Shown one piece after another: positions 26,294 to 35,374 of a stretch of 64,000 bases of DNA. The stretch spans positions 48,646-112,645 of the forward strand of contig CAZLVP010000003.1 of assembly GCA_964563055.1 (NCBI GenBank), written 5' to 3'. The notes beneath the pieces were generated by a model. That model saw only the letters and a list, made by a program, of their open reading frames with translations. It did no database searches and was not told the origin of the DNA. The first letter of the stretch is position 1, and the number at the start of each line of letters is the position of its first letter. Made by a program: the position numbers and the translations under genes. This DNA is from an uncultured Thermoplasmatales archaeon. Lineage in GTDB: Archaea; Thermoplasmatota; Penumbrarchaeia; Penumbrarchaeales; Penumbrarchaeaceae.

Positions 26294-29041
26294 TCATTCT
26301 TCCCAGTCCATAACTGGGTCCTTTTTCCTAACAAGGAGCAGGACCAATGGTATGACGGTAACTATGATTAGGGGCAGCAGCAGGAGAAGCCAAAGGTACG
26401 ATCGGCCGTCTGGACCGTCACCCGGTAGGGGACTATCCTCGATCACCACTGTGAAGTTCACTACCAGTGTCACTCGGACCGATGGGTAATCTGGTAGAGA
26501 TGCCCGGAGAATGGCCGTGTAGGTCCCGATATCGAGGTCCAAAAGGACAACCTCCTTTCCTCTGTAGTTTTCCCCATCGACCATCCATACATAGTCCAGT
26601 TCTCTGGTATCGTTCGTTTCCGCCTTCAGCGTGATGTTCTCTCCCTTCAAAAATAACTGACGCTCTGTCGGAGAGACAATGAAAACCCCTTTAATGGGCG
26701 GGACCTGGGGCGGAGGTGGCCTCTCAAGGACCGTAATGTTCCATTTGACCTTAGTCATATGAGCCCCCGAAGCTATCTCGAGCATGACCTGAACGGTCTC
26801 CCCACCGGATAGCCCAAGTTGAGCAGGTCCGAAGGAGAGATAGGTCTTATTGAACTGTGCACGTCCCAGATATGTCCAGGTCGATCGAACAGGTGTCCCG
26901 TCCAGGTCGGTGGCATTGAAAGAGAGAGTAACTCCAACATCATAGGCCACCGTTAGGTTCCCTGGGGCCGGATCAAAAGAGCGGACGAAAGGTCTGTCGG
27001 TATCGTTCACATGAACTGTCCAGTTCATGAAGGTGGTTCCATCGTGCCCCTTACCATCAGAAACGTTCAGGACCAGACGGAAAGGGGAACCTATCGAGGA
27101 GTTTGGACCAAGGTAGTCCGGGGAGAGGACATATGCCGGACCATGGACAGGAAGGTCAAGGCCGTTCAACTCCCATCCGTAATCCAAGATATCGTCGTCT
27201 GGATCGAGAGCTTCCACCGAGAAATATTGAACGGCACCTTCTGACAGCCAGATCTCCTCCGACAGGGGTGTGACGTTCAAGAGCTCAGGCGGTCTGTTGA
27301 CATCAAATACGGTGATGTTCCATCCTACCGAGCTCATCTCTCCATCGAAGGTCTGACCTTCGTTCAAAGCGTAGGTCAGGACATAGGGTTCGGTCCGTGA
27401 TGAGCGGTCCCCAGTATGGTCGGTCGTGAAGTTGAGACTATCAGATAGAGAGATGGTCCTACCATCCAGGGTCCAGTTCCCCTTTAGTGACCTCCCATCT
27501 CTCATTGCAGAGGCAGAGAGGACCTTCCAACTGCCCTCGGCCAGCTGTAGATCGCCCTGAGGAGGGTCCACGGTCCATATAAGAAGAGACCTCTCCAGGA
27601 CCTGGAACCCCTTCCTGACCTGATCGTTGCTCTCGTTGATCTCTGGTATTTCGTCCTCAGGGTCTACAATAAGGGAGAGGTTGTAGGTCCCGGGTAGGTC
27701 GACCATGAAATCTATAGAAAGTTCAAGGACCTCTCCAGCTGGCACGGTCAGGTCGGACCGGTCCAAAAGGACCAACCCCAACTCGTCCAGGACCATTTTG
27801 ACCCTGAGTTCCTTGACAGCGTAATTGGAGGGATTCCTCACAAAGGCCCGGGCAGTGAAGGTATCGTCGATGCTCCCATTGCCGGTATGGGATATCTTTA
27901 ACGATGTACCGTCCAATTCAGCATCGGTCGCCCAGGTCGTGACCGTAGCGACGGCTATCGCATCAAGAAGCCCCACTACGGCAAGGACCCCGAAAGACCC
28001 ATGGTCAACTCGTGTCAATGTATCGTCAGGATAGTATGGTGCGAACAACGTCACATCGAAATCCCTGTCGCCGAGCAGCAGCGGGACAATGGTAGAAACG
28101 TTCCCGTCCGGGAAGAGGACCGTTACCACCGTGTTGCTGATGCTGGTCCTACCGGACACAGTGAAAGTGGACCCTGCTCTGACCGGTTGGGGGGAAGTGA
28201 CCTTAAGGCTCAGTCCGACCATGGCCGAATGCCTGGTGTACCTCTTCAGTTCCAGAGGGATGACCAGGACCGTGCCGTCAAGGTCGAGCTCGTATGACCT
28301 CTTGACGGTGTTCCCTACTGTTGAGTTGTAGAAGAGCGACCTCTTTCCATCGATGCTTATTGGAAGCACCGAGAAGGTCCCTGCCGGAACGGTCATCAGT
28401 TCCAAGGCCCCCAGCGAGTTGGTCCTGTTCATGGACAGGAGGTCCCCCGATGCACCGAAGGGCAATGCGGCGGTGACATTGGTCCACCAAATATCTCCCT
28501 GGACCAAAGGAAAATCAAACTCCTCAAGGGGCGGGGAGAACTCGTACCCGAAAGGGTAATCACCGTTCAGTGATGGAATGGACCCGCTTATTGACGCGTT
28601 GAGGACGGTCCTGTATAGGGATAGGTCCTGCACCTTGCTCCAGGTATATCCTTTGAGCTCGATATAGATGTCAAGGTCCAATATGAACGGGATGTAAAGA
28701 TGTCCTGAGATATTACCGGTCACATTCGTGATGTAGACCGGGGCCATGTCAAGAAATGGGTCCAGGATGACCTGGACGACGTTCATTTCAAGCCACCCCG
28801 AGAACGGGATCGGGAATCCCATGATGTCGACCTCGAACTCGGTCGTGTAGTTCCAGGAATCGGACGCCTCATAGACCGGTGCATCGATCCCATTGGCAAT
28901 ATCAAGGACAGGGTCAGGTCGCCTGGTGTCAGGTCCAGGTCCGCTCAGATATGAGGGTATGACCATGAGGAGGAGCGAGAGCGACACCGTGGCAATGGAC
29001 ACCATTTCACTACATAAAAAGCGTCTGGACCTATCCTTCAT
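26294..29041 (-). CDS. Large surface protein (915 aa) with a signal peptide and a C-terminal TM anchor ending RKKDPVMDWEE.
   Basis: The N-terminus is MVSIATVSLSLLLMVIPSYLSG. The C-terminal helix is LWLLLLLPLIIVTVIPLVLLLV followed by RKKD. It is rich in N-x-S/T sequons. Confidence 0.6.
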   Translation of the reverse strand: MKDRSRRFLCSEMVSIATVSLSLLLMVIPSYLSGPGPDTRRPDPVLDIANGIDAPVYEASDSWNYTTEFEVDIMGFPIPFSGWLEMNVVQVILDPFLDMAPVYITNVTGNISGHLYIPFILDLDIYIELKGYTWSKVQDLSLYRTVLNASISGSIPSLNGDYPFGYEFSPPLEEFDFPLVQGDIWWTNVTAALPFGASGDLLSMNRTNSLGALELMTVPAGTFSVLPISIDGKRSLFYNSTVGNTVKRSYELDLDGTVLVIPLELKRYTRHSAMVGLSLKVTSPQPVRAGSTFTVSGRTSISNTVVTVLFPDGNVSTIVPLLLGDRDFDVTLFAPYYPDDTLTRVDHGSFGVLAVVGLLDAIAVATVTTWATDAELDGTSLKISHTGNGSIDDTFTARAFVRNPSNYAVKELRVKMVLDELGLVLLDRSDLTVPAGEVLELSIDFMVDLPGTYNLSLIVDPEDEIPEINESNDQVRKGFQVLERSLLIWTVDPPQGDLQLAEGSWKVLSASAMRDGRSLKGNWTLDGRTISLSDSLNFTTDHTGDRSSRTEPYVLTYALNEGQTFDGEMSSVGWNITVFDVNRPPELLNVTPLSEEIWLSEGAVQYFSVEALDPDDDILDYGWELNGLDLPVHGPAYVLSPDYLGPNSSIGSPFRLVLNVSDGKGHDGTTFMNWTVHVNDTDRPFVRSFDPAPGNLTVAYDVGVTLSFNATDLDGTPVRSTWTYLGRAQFNKTYLSFGPAQLGLSGGETVQVMLEIASGAHMTKVKWNITVLERPPPPQVPPIKGVFIVSPTERQLFLKGENITLKAETNDTRELDYVWMVDGENYRGKEVVLLDLDIGTYTAILRASLPDYPSVRVTLVVNFTVVIEDSPLPGDGPDGRSYLWLLLLLPLIIVTVIPLVLLLVRKKDPVMDWEE

Positions 29042-30068
29042 GACCTTGTGAAGCGCCCTTCCTCCTAAAAGGGTTTCCCCGTAGCTGGGCTAGATAGACT
29101 GCGAAGAGGAGGACAAGCCCTGAGATCGTCTGGACCAAAGAAAGCCTGTCTCCCAGCATGATGTACCCGAAGATATAGGAGAAGACCGGGAGCAGGAACA
29201 CATAGAAGGTGATCCTGGAAAGCTCATCGCTGCGAATGACCCTGTACCAGACGATAGAGGTTGCAGCATAGATACAGACGGAGAGATAGATTAGGGATAG
29301 TAAAGCAGGAAGGCCTGCATCGAAAGCAAGTAGCGGGTCCTCGGCCCCCACGGCCCAGAATATGACCGCAATAGGCAAGAGAAGGAGAGTTCCCAGGGAC
29401 CCGTTCAATGCAATGATCGAGATCGGTTCGGCCCCTTCGTTCAAGGCCTTTTTTAGGAAGAGCCCAGAGAACGAGTAACAGAGGGCAGTGAGCAGGTTCA
29501 GCAATGCACCAACGGTCTCGTCCGAACCAAGGTCGAACCCGCTCTGGTCGTAGGTCGTCAGAAATGCAGTGGCCGGGATGGCTATCGCCAGCCCAACGAC
29601 CTTCCAGGTCGTGAGCCTTTCCCTCAGTATCACCCATGAAAGTGTAATGGTGAACACCGGGGATACGCTTTGCAGGAGCGATGCAAGGCTGGAGGTCGAA
29701 GACGGGTCCATCATGGTCATGCCTATGTTCTGGAAGATGTTCGGTAGGACAGTACCGAAGACCGCTGTTCCAAAAAATAGAAGGGCGAACCTCCTCTTCT
29801 TCAACCCTGCGAACAGAAGATATCTCGGCCTGAGGAACCTATTGTCGCCCTTAAATATGGCCAATGTAAAGAACAGGCCCAATATGAAAAGGAAGGCCAG
29901 AAAGGACCTTAAGAGGCCAAGTGTCAAGGGTGGGATGTCCTCTAGAGCCACTACCAGTGCCCAGAAGCTGGTCGAATAGACAACCATCGTAAGGACGGCC
30001 AGCACGGCCATCCTGTCCTTGACTTCAAGGCCTGGGTGAGGCAGTTGTGACCACCCTCCGGTCGGCAC
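29031..30068 (-). CDS. EamA/DMT-family transporter (10 TM).
   Basis: It has two EamA-like halves of 4-5 TM helices each. Confidence 0.7.
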   Translation of the reverse strand: MPTGGWSQLPHPGLEVKDRMAVLAVLTMVVYSTSFWALVVALEDIPPLTLGLLRSFLAFLFILGLFFTLAIFKGDNRFLRPRYLLFAGLKKRRFALLFFGTAVFGTVLPNIFQNIGMTMMDPSSTSSLASLLQSVSPVFTITLSWVILRERLTTWKVVGLAIAIPATAFLTTYDQSGFDLGSDETVGALLNLLTALCYSFSGLFLKKALNEGAEPISIIALNGSLGTLLLLPIAVIFWAVGAEDPLLAFDAGLPALLSLIYLSVCIYAATSIVWYRVIRSDELSRITFYVFLLPVFSYIFGYIMLGDRLSLVQTISGLVLLFAVYLAQLRGNPFRRKGASQGHEG

Positions 30069-30147
30069 CTTTTAACGGAGAGGTCCATATAAACCGTTAC
30101 ATCGAAGGTGCCTTCACGGACCTCACCGAAAGGGTTTAATCGATAAC

Positions 30148-30906
30148 TTGGCATCTTCGAGCACAGTCCGGGAAAGGAGGCGTGATGCCGTCATGACCGA
30201 TATGAGAAGGATATCCACCGGGATCCCAGGGCTCGATACGATGCTCAAGGGAGGGCTCATAGCGGGAAGGCCTTATACGGTCATTGGAGGCCCTGGCTCC
30301 GGGAAGTCCATATTGGCCTGGCAGTTCCTGCTAGAAGGGAATAGGAACGGTGAGACAGCGCTTTATATAACATTGGACGAGCCGTACTACGAGATAAGGG
30401 CCAACATGGAGGCCATTGGGCTGTTCGATCCCGGAATCAAGATAATGGACCTATCACCGGAGGATATGGCCCACAAGGGGGAATCTTCGTTCTCGGTCTA
30501 TCTAGAGAACGAACTCCCAAGGCAACTAGCTAGGATTTCCCCGGAGAGGGTCGTCCTAGATTCTACCACCTCTATCAAGGTCCTCGAAAAGGACCCTCTC
30601 TCGGCCAGGAGGGCGGTCCTTTCCCTGATGAAGCTGCTTTCCGAGCGAAAAGAGCAGGGTGGTGGCATAGACCAGATAACGTCCCTTCTCATCTCCGAGC
30701 TGGAGGGCGGCGACCATCCTATGGAGACCTATCTCTCACGAGGGGTGATAAGGCTCCATAGCTCCATGGTACGGGGCAGTAGGGTCCGGGCAGTGGAGAT
30801 AGAGAAGATGAGAGGGACGGATTTTGACGAGCAGTTAAGGCCTCTTCGCATTGGAAAGGGCGGTGTCCAGGTTGCAGAGAGGGACACGCTCATAAGTTTC
30901 CCTTGA
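30148..30906 (+). CDS. KaiC-like RecA-superfamily ATPase (single domain) with a canonical Walker A.
   Basis: ISTGIPGLDTMLKGGLIAGRPYTVIGGPGSGKSILAWQF is present. Confidence 0.65.
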   Translation: MASSSTVRERRRDAVMTDMRRISTGIPGLDTMLKGGLIAGRPYTVIGGPGSGKSILAWQFLLEGNRNGETALYITLDEPYYEIRANMEAIGLFDPGIKIMDLSPEDMAHKGESSFSVYLENELPRQLARISPERVVLDSTTSIKVLEKDPLSARRAVLSLMKLLSERKEQGGGIDQITSLLISELEGGDHPMETYLSRGVIRLHSSMVRGSRVRAVEIEKMRGTDFDEQLRPLRIGKGGVQVAERDTLISFP

Positions 30907-30918
30907 GGAGCATTAAGG

Positions 30919-31599
30919 ATGACAGCACCGACCAAGCCAGATATCGGGAGGGGGAGGAGCTCATCAACGGTCCGGGCCCGCCATCATAGGTTCGGGCCGA
31001 TCAGGTACATCTGGCGTCAGGTCTGGGGAGAGCGGGGAAGGAACCTTCTGACGTTCATGTCACTGGCCATTATGTCTACGGTCCTAACTATATTCCTGGC
31101 CGTGGATGAGGGATTGGACGACCATTTCAAGGACGATGTCGGGGTGCCAAGTGACGAGGACAAGGAGCTGTTCGAAGTGAAGGGGGTAATAGGTGTCTGG
31201 AGCTCCTTCATGCTCTTCCTCTGTGCATCATTGATGGCCCTATCAACGGCCAATGCATCCTCCATGGACATCCTGGAGAGGAGGTTCGAGCTTTCGACGC
31301 TCAGGGCCATAGGGACCCGGTTCCATCAGGTCCTAATGCTCCTGATATCCCCTTTGGTCCTGGTCATGATCTCGGGTCTGGTCATGGGACCTTTATTGGT
31401 CCTTGCGTCCCTTTCATTGATGGGGGACGACCCGAGGCTCCCTTTGGGCCCGGACATTGGGGTCCCGCTATCGTTCAACCTTGGGACGTTCCTCTTTGTA
31501 ATGGTCGTTGGGACCCTGGCCGCAGCTTTCGGCGCTGCCCCATCCCTGGTCTCAGTCCTGACCAGGTCACCTCTGGAGGTGTTAAGGGATGCCCCGTGA
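30919..31599 (+). CDS. FtsX-like ABC transporter permease (4 TM).
   Basis: It has four hydrophobic helices. ERRFELSTLRAIGTR is like the FtsX motif. Confidence 0.6.
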   Translation: MTAPTKPDIGRGRSSSTVRARHHRFGPIRYIWRQVWGERGRNLLTFMSLAIMSTVLTIFLAVDEGLDDHFKDDVGVPSDEDKELFEVKGVIGVWSSFMLFLCASLMALSTANASSMDILERRFELSTLRAIGTRFHQVLMLLISPLVLVMISGLVMGPLLVLASLSLMGDDPRLPLGPDIGVPLSFNLGTFLFVMVVGTLAAAFGAAPSLVSVLTRSPLEVLRDAP

Positions 31600-32326
31600 G
31601 CCGTTCATAGTCATCGAGGATGTCTCGAAGGGGTACAAAGTGGGAGGCCAGTCCGTCAATGCCTTGGACCATCTAACGATCACCATCGATAGAGGGGACA
31701 TGTGCGCCTTGATGGGTCCATCCGGTGCCGGGAAGACAACGCTATTGAACATGATAGGTGGCCTCGATGTCCCAGACAGCGGGAAGGTCATTGTTGGGAA
31801 CCTCGACCTGTCAAGATTGAACGAGATGCAGAGGGCCTCTTTCAGAAAGAGGAACGTGGGGTTCATATTCCAGTTCTACAACCTGATACCTTCACTCACT
31901 GCCTACGAGAACGTATTGGTCCCAGTGATGTTCGAGAGGGACCAGAAGCGAGGGAGGGCAGAGGACCTCCTTGACAGGATGGGCCTCTCACGGAGGTTGG
32001 ACCACCTCCCATCCGAGCTATCGGGCGGGGAGAAGCAAAGGGTGGCGATAGCAAGGGCGCTGATGAACGACCCCCCGCTGATACTTGCAGATGAGCCCAC
32101 TGGCAACATAGACTCCGAAACAGCAAGGGAGATAGTCTCGCTTTTCAGGCAGCTCAACGATGAGGGTAAGACGCTGGTACTGGCGACTCATGACAGGATG
32201 GTAGCCGGCAAAGCCCGGTCGATGCTGCGCATGAGGGACGGCCGGTTATCGGGCGGTAAGACCTCCACCAGGTCCGGGACTGTCCACCTTGCCTCATCAC
32301 AATACAAGGGTGCGGCAAAGGAGTGA
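31589..32326 (+). CDS. ABC transporter ATP-binding protein (MacB/LolD-like).
   Basis: Walker A GPSGAGKTT, signature LSGGEKQRVAIARAL and Walker B ILADEPTGNID are all present. Confidence 0.9.
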   Translation: MPREPFIVIEDVSKGYKVGGQSVNALDHLTITIDRGDMCALMGPSGAGKTTLLNMIGGLDVPDSGKVIVGNLDLSRLNEMQRASFRKRNVGFIFQFYNLIPSLTAYENVLVPVMFERDQKRGRAEDLLDRMGLSRRLDHLPSELSGGEKQRVAIARALMNDPPLILADEPTGNIDSETAREIVSLFRQLNDEGKTLVLATHDRMVAGKARSMLRMRDGRLSGGKTSTRSGTVHLASSQYKGAAKE

Positions 32327-32332
32327 TGGCAG

Positions 32333-33016
32333 GTGACCCAAGCGCCAAAGACCTTCACGACCGCCACATATGGCCTCTCGCATATGAGGCACAACAAGAT
32401 GAGGACCATGACCGTCATGGTAACATTGACCTTGACTATGGGATTTCTGATACTGACGCTCTCCCTTTTCTTTGGCCTCACCTCCCAGGTCGACCCGGAT
32501 TCCGAGAGGGAGGGTATACTTGAAGGCAGGGTCCCGACGTCGACGGACCTCTTCCGGGACCTGAGGATAGACAACGAAATGTCCGATGGGTCACGACAGG
32601 CCCTGGTCGAGCTTCTGCTCTTCACCACGGTCCTTGTCTGTGCCGTCTCCTTCTTCATAATCTACAATACCATGGCCGTCTCCGTCAGGGAGAGAAGGAG
32701 GGAGATTGGTATCCTCAGAGCGCTCGGTCTCTCCAGCTGGGAGGTCACAAAGCTCTTCCTTGCAGAGGGGGGGTTCATAGGATTGGTCTCTTGGATAAGT
32801 GCCTTGTTCCTTGGGATGCCGTTCATCCTGAACCTATCCGTTTACCTCCTTGAGAGAGGGGATACGACCTTCTTTTTCGTGGCACCTGCGATCCCTCCCC
32901 AGCTCCTTGTCGTATCCTTCCTGGTCAGTATAGGGCTCTGTCTTGTCTCCACCTACCTTGCGGCAAGGACAAGGATAGGCTCCTCCCCCGTTGAGCTGAT
33001 GCGGAGCCAGGAGTGA
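32333..33016 (+). CDS. FtsX-like ABC transporter permease (4 TM).
   Basis: RERRREIGILRALGLSSWEV is the classic FtsX/MacB motif. Confidence 0.7.
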   Translation: MTQAPKTFTTATYGLSHMRHNKMRTMTVMVTLTLTMGFLILTLSLFFGLTSQVDPDSEREGILEGRVPTSTDLFRDLRIDNEMSDGSRQALVELLLFTTVLVCAVSFFIIYNTMAVSVRERRREIGILRALGLSSWEVTKLFLAEGGFIGLVSWISALFLGMPFILNLSVYLLERGDTTFFFVAPAIPPQLLVVSFLVSIGLCLVSTYLAARTRIGSSPVELMRSQE

Positions 33017-33055
33017 GGTCTGACCCCACCGAAAGGCCCTCCTTCCCATCGGGCT

Positions 33056-33694
33056 ATGATTAAATATCACGAAGGTGCTCGAAGTCCCATGGCAAGGCCT
33101 GAGGAGATAAGGACCGCTCTCGAAACCTCTCTCGACATGGAGGAGACGAGGCGTGAGGTCGCCATAGGCAGTTCAAGGGCAGTGGTCCGCGAATGCAGGC
33201 ATGCCATATCGCTTATGGTCCGGACGGAACGACCTTGTGATGAGCAATTGCTTTTAAAGCCCGCCAAACCCCTACTCGATATGCTCAACAGGCACGAGAT
33301 ATTGGAAGCTGGGATCCTGGAGGATCCTCTGACGGAGGTGGCGGAGGCCCTGGTACTATCCAGGGTCCTTGAGGGGAAGGAGCTTCCAATGCCGTCAGAG
33401 GTCGGGATACCAGAGAGGGCATATGCCCTCGGGCTTTGCGATGCATTGGGGGAGATGAGGCGGGTCGTACTGAACCGTCTTCTCCGTGATGAGCTCGATA
33501 AGGCCATCTCCATGTACGGGTCTATGAAGGAGCTCTTCTCCATCATAGAAGGTCTCACATACCCCTCGGGGATGATACAGCTCAAGAGGAAACAGGATGT
33601 CGTCAGGGGGATATTGGACAGGACCGCCGGTGAACTGGCCATTTCGATGACGTCAAAAAGGGCGAATTCGGGTCCAGGAGGGTTGGGACGATGA
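33056..33694 (+). CDS. All-alpha protein, probably translin family.
   Basis: RAYALGLCDALGEMRRVVLNRLLRDELDKA resembles the translin 'GL.DLTGEL.R' helix. Size is 212 aa. This call is inference. Confidence 0.4.
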   Translation: MIKYHEGARSPMARPEEIRTALETSLDMEETRREVAIGSSRAVVRECRHAISLMVRTERPCDEQLLLKPAKPLLDMLNRHEILEAGILEDPLTEVAEALVLSRVLEGKELPMPSEVGIPERAYALGLCDALGEMRRVVLNRLLRDELDKAISMYGSMKELFSIIEGLTYPSGMIQLKRKQDVVRGILDRTAGELAISMTSKRANSGPGGLGR

Positions 33695-35298
33695 CTTCCA
33701 TACCAGATATTGAAAGTGACCCCTCTGGGACCAAAGGCCCTGATGTCAAGAAGGGTGCCAACCTTGAGGATATTGTGGTCTATTTCTCGGGCAAAGGGAC
33801 CCCGCACCCGATCTCCGAAGGAGTGGCCTCGGTCCGGCACCTTATGCTCGAGAACGGGTTCGATGAGCTTCTTACCTCACATTTCATAGAGGGAAAGGAT
33901 GTGAAGGACCTTCTGGGCAAGCTCCATATCACTTTCAGGGATGCCTTGTTCTACCTTTACACAAGCAGAATGGTCCCCATGGCCCCGACCAGGGAGGTCG
34001 AGGTCCAGATAGCAAGGAGGTTCCCCAATGTGGACCTAGCCCAGCTCTGGAACAATCTGGACGATATAGACGGGACCATAAGCGGAGAGGACCTTCTTGT
34101 ATCGCTCAAACACGACCTGGGCCTATCCCTTGAGGATGCATTGGAGCTCATGAACATGGTCCCCGAGCTCTCATCGAGCGGTCTACAGGCAACGGGATTG
34201 ACCCTCCGCGCGTTCATGCCCCTATCTTGGCTGTCCACGATCGAGGCCGTTTACGATGAGAAGGCCCTACCCATCAGGTTATTCACGGTCGGTACTATGT
34301 TCAGAAGGGAGCCCGTTCAGGACAAGACCCACATGAGGACCTACAACGTACTTTCCTTGGCCGTTTTCGATAAGGGGTTCACCATAGAGAAGGGGATCAC
34401 TGTCCTTAAAAGGCTGCTCTCGTCGATAAAGATAGAGAACACTTCCTTCATAGAGAAGACCTATTCGTATCCGTTCTTCGATAAGGGGACGGAGTACGAG
34501 GTCTTCGTTAACGGTCTGGAGATAGGGACATGCGGGATGATATCCTCAGACGTTCTGAACAGCATGAACGTGAACGCGAACCTGTTCCTTGCCGACCTGG
34601 GTATCGAACGTATACTGATGCAGCAAAAGGGATACCCTGATATCAGGGAGCTCTTCTATCCACAGTTCTTCTCTTCCTGGAACATCTCGGATTCGGAGCT
34701 CTCCTCCTCCATCAAGTATACCCACAGGCCCCTGACCCCGACCGGGCGGGATATTGCCAGGTCCATAGAGAGGGCGCTCAAGGAAATGAGAGGAAAGGAA
34801 GAGGCTGGACCTCTGGTCGTTTGGAAAGGGCACCTGATCACCAATGGGGATAGGGAGAACCTGGTCCCGGAAGGGTCCGCGGTCCCTGAAGGTAGTGGAG
34901 CGATTAAGGCGGAGCTCTTGATAGAGGAGGCCAAGGCAGGTATGGGGCTCTTCGGGCCAGGTGCCTTCGATCAGGTCTGGGTCAAGGAGGGTAATATCAT
35001 GGGCATCCCCCCGACCCTATCCAAAAAGGTCAGGTCAGAGGGGGGGTACAGGACCGGGAAGACCTATCTCAAGGCGTTCGCAAACTATGCTGGATGGAAA
35101 GTGGAGCGGTCTCTCTCCAGGGGAAGTACATCAAAGAGCTTCGAGATGGTCCGGAGGCTCGAGGACATCAACATGCATCTGAGCTCGAAGGCCCAGAACT
35201 ACATCCTAAGCAGGTCAAGGAAGGTAGATGTCAAGGGGCCTGTCTTCCTTAGGTTCAGGTTCGTTCTGGGTTCCCGCGCCCGACCGGTCCGTGATTGA
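33691..35298 (+). CDS. sepS: O-phosphoseryl-tRNA(Cys) synthetase (SepRS), a PheRS-alpha-like class II aaRS.
   Basis: Motif 2 reads LFTVGTMFRREPVQDKTHMRTYN, motif 3 reads ADLGIERILMQQKGYPDIRELFYPQ, and the C-terminus reads VDVKGPVFLRF. These match what I remember of SepRS at about 535 aa. The start overlaps the upstream stop in an ATGA. Confidence 0.65.
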   Translation: MTSIPDIESDPSGTKGPDVKKGANLEDIVVYFSGKGTPHPISEGVASVRHLMLENGFDELLTSHFIEGKDVKDLLGKLHITFRDALFYLYTSRMVPMAPTREVEVQIARRFPNVDLAQLWNNLDDIDGTISGEDLLVSLKHDLGLSLEDALELMNMVPELSSSGLQATGLTLRAFMPLSWLSTIEAVYDEKALPIRLFTVGTMFRREPVQDKTHMRTYNVLSLAVFDKGFTIEKGITVLKRLLSSIKIENTSFIEKTYSYPFFDKGTEYEVFVNGLEIGTCGMISSDVLNSMNVNANLFLADLGIERILMQQKGYPDIRELFYPQFFSSWNISDSELSSSIKYTHRPLTPTGRDIARSIERALKEMRGKEEAGPLVVWKGHLITNGDRENLVPEGSAVPEGSGAIKAELLIEEAKAGMGLFGPGAFDQVWVKEGNIMGIPPTLSKKVRSEGGYRTGKTYLKAFANYAGWKVERSLSRGSTSKSFEMVRRLEDINMHLSSKAQNYILSRSRKVDVKGPVFLRFRFVLGSRARPVRD

Positions 35299-35374
35299 GA
35301 TTGTTTCACCTATCTCCCTCTACGCTCCTTATATGTTCAGCTCATGTCCGGGTGTAACCGATGGAGAAAAGGTG

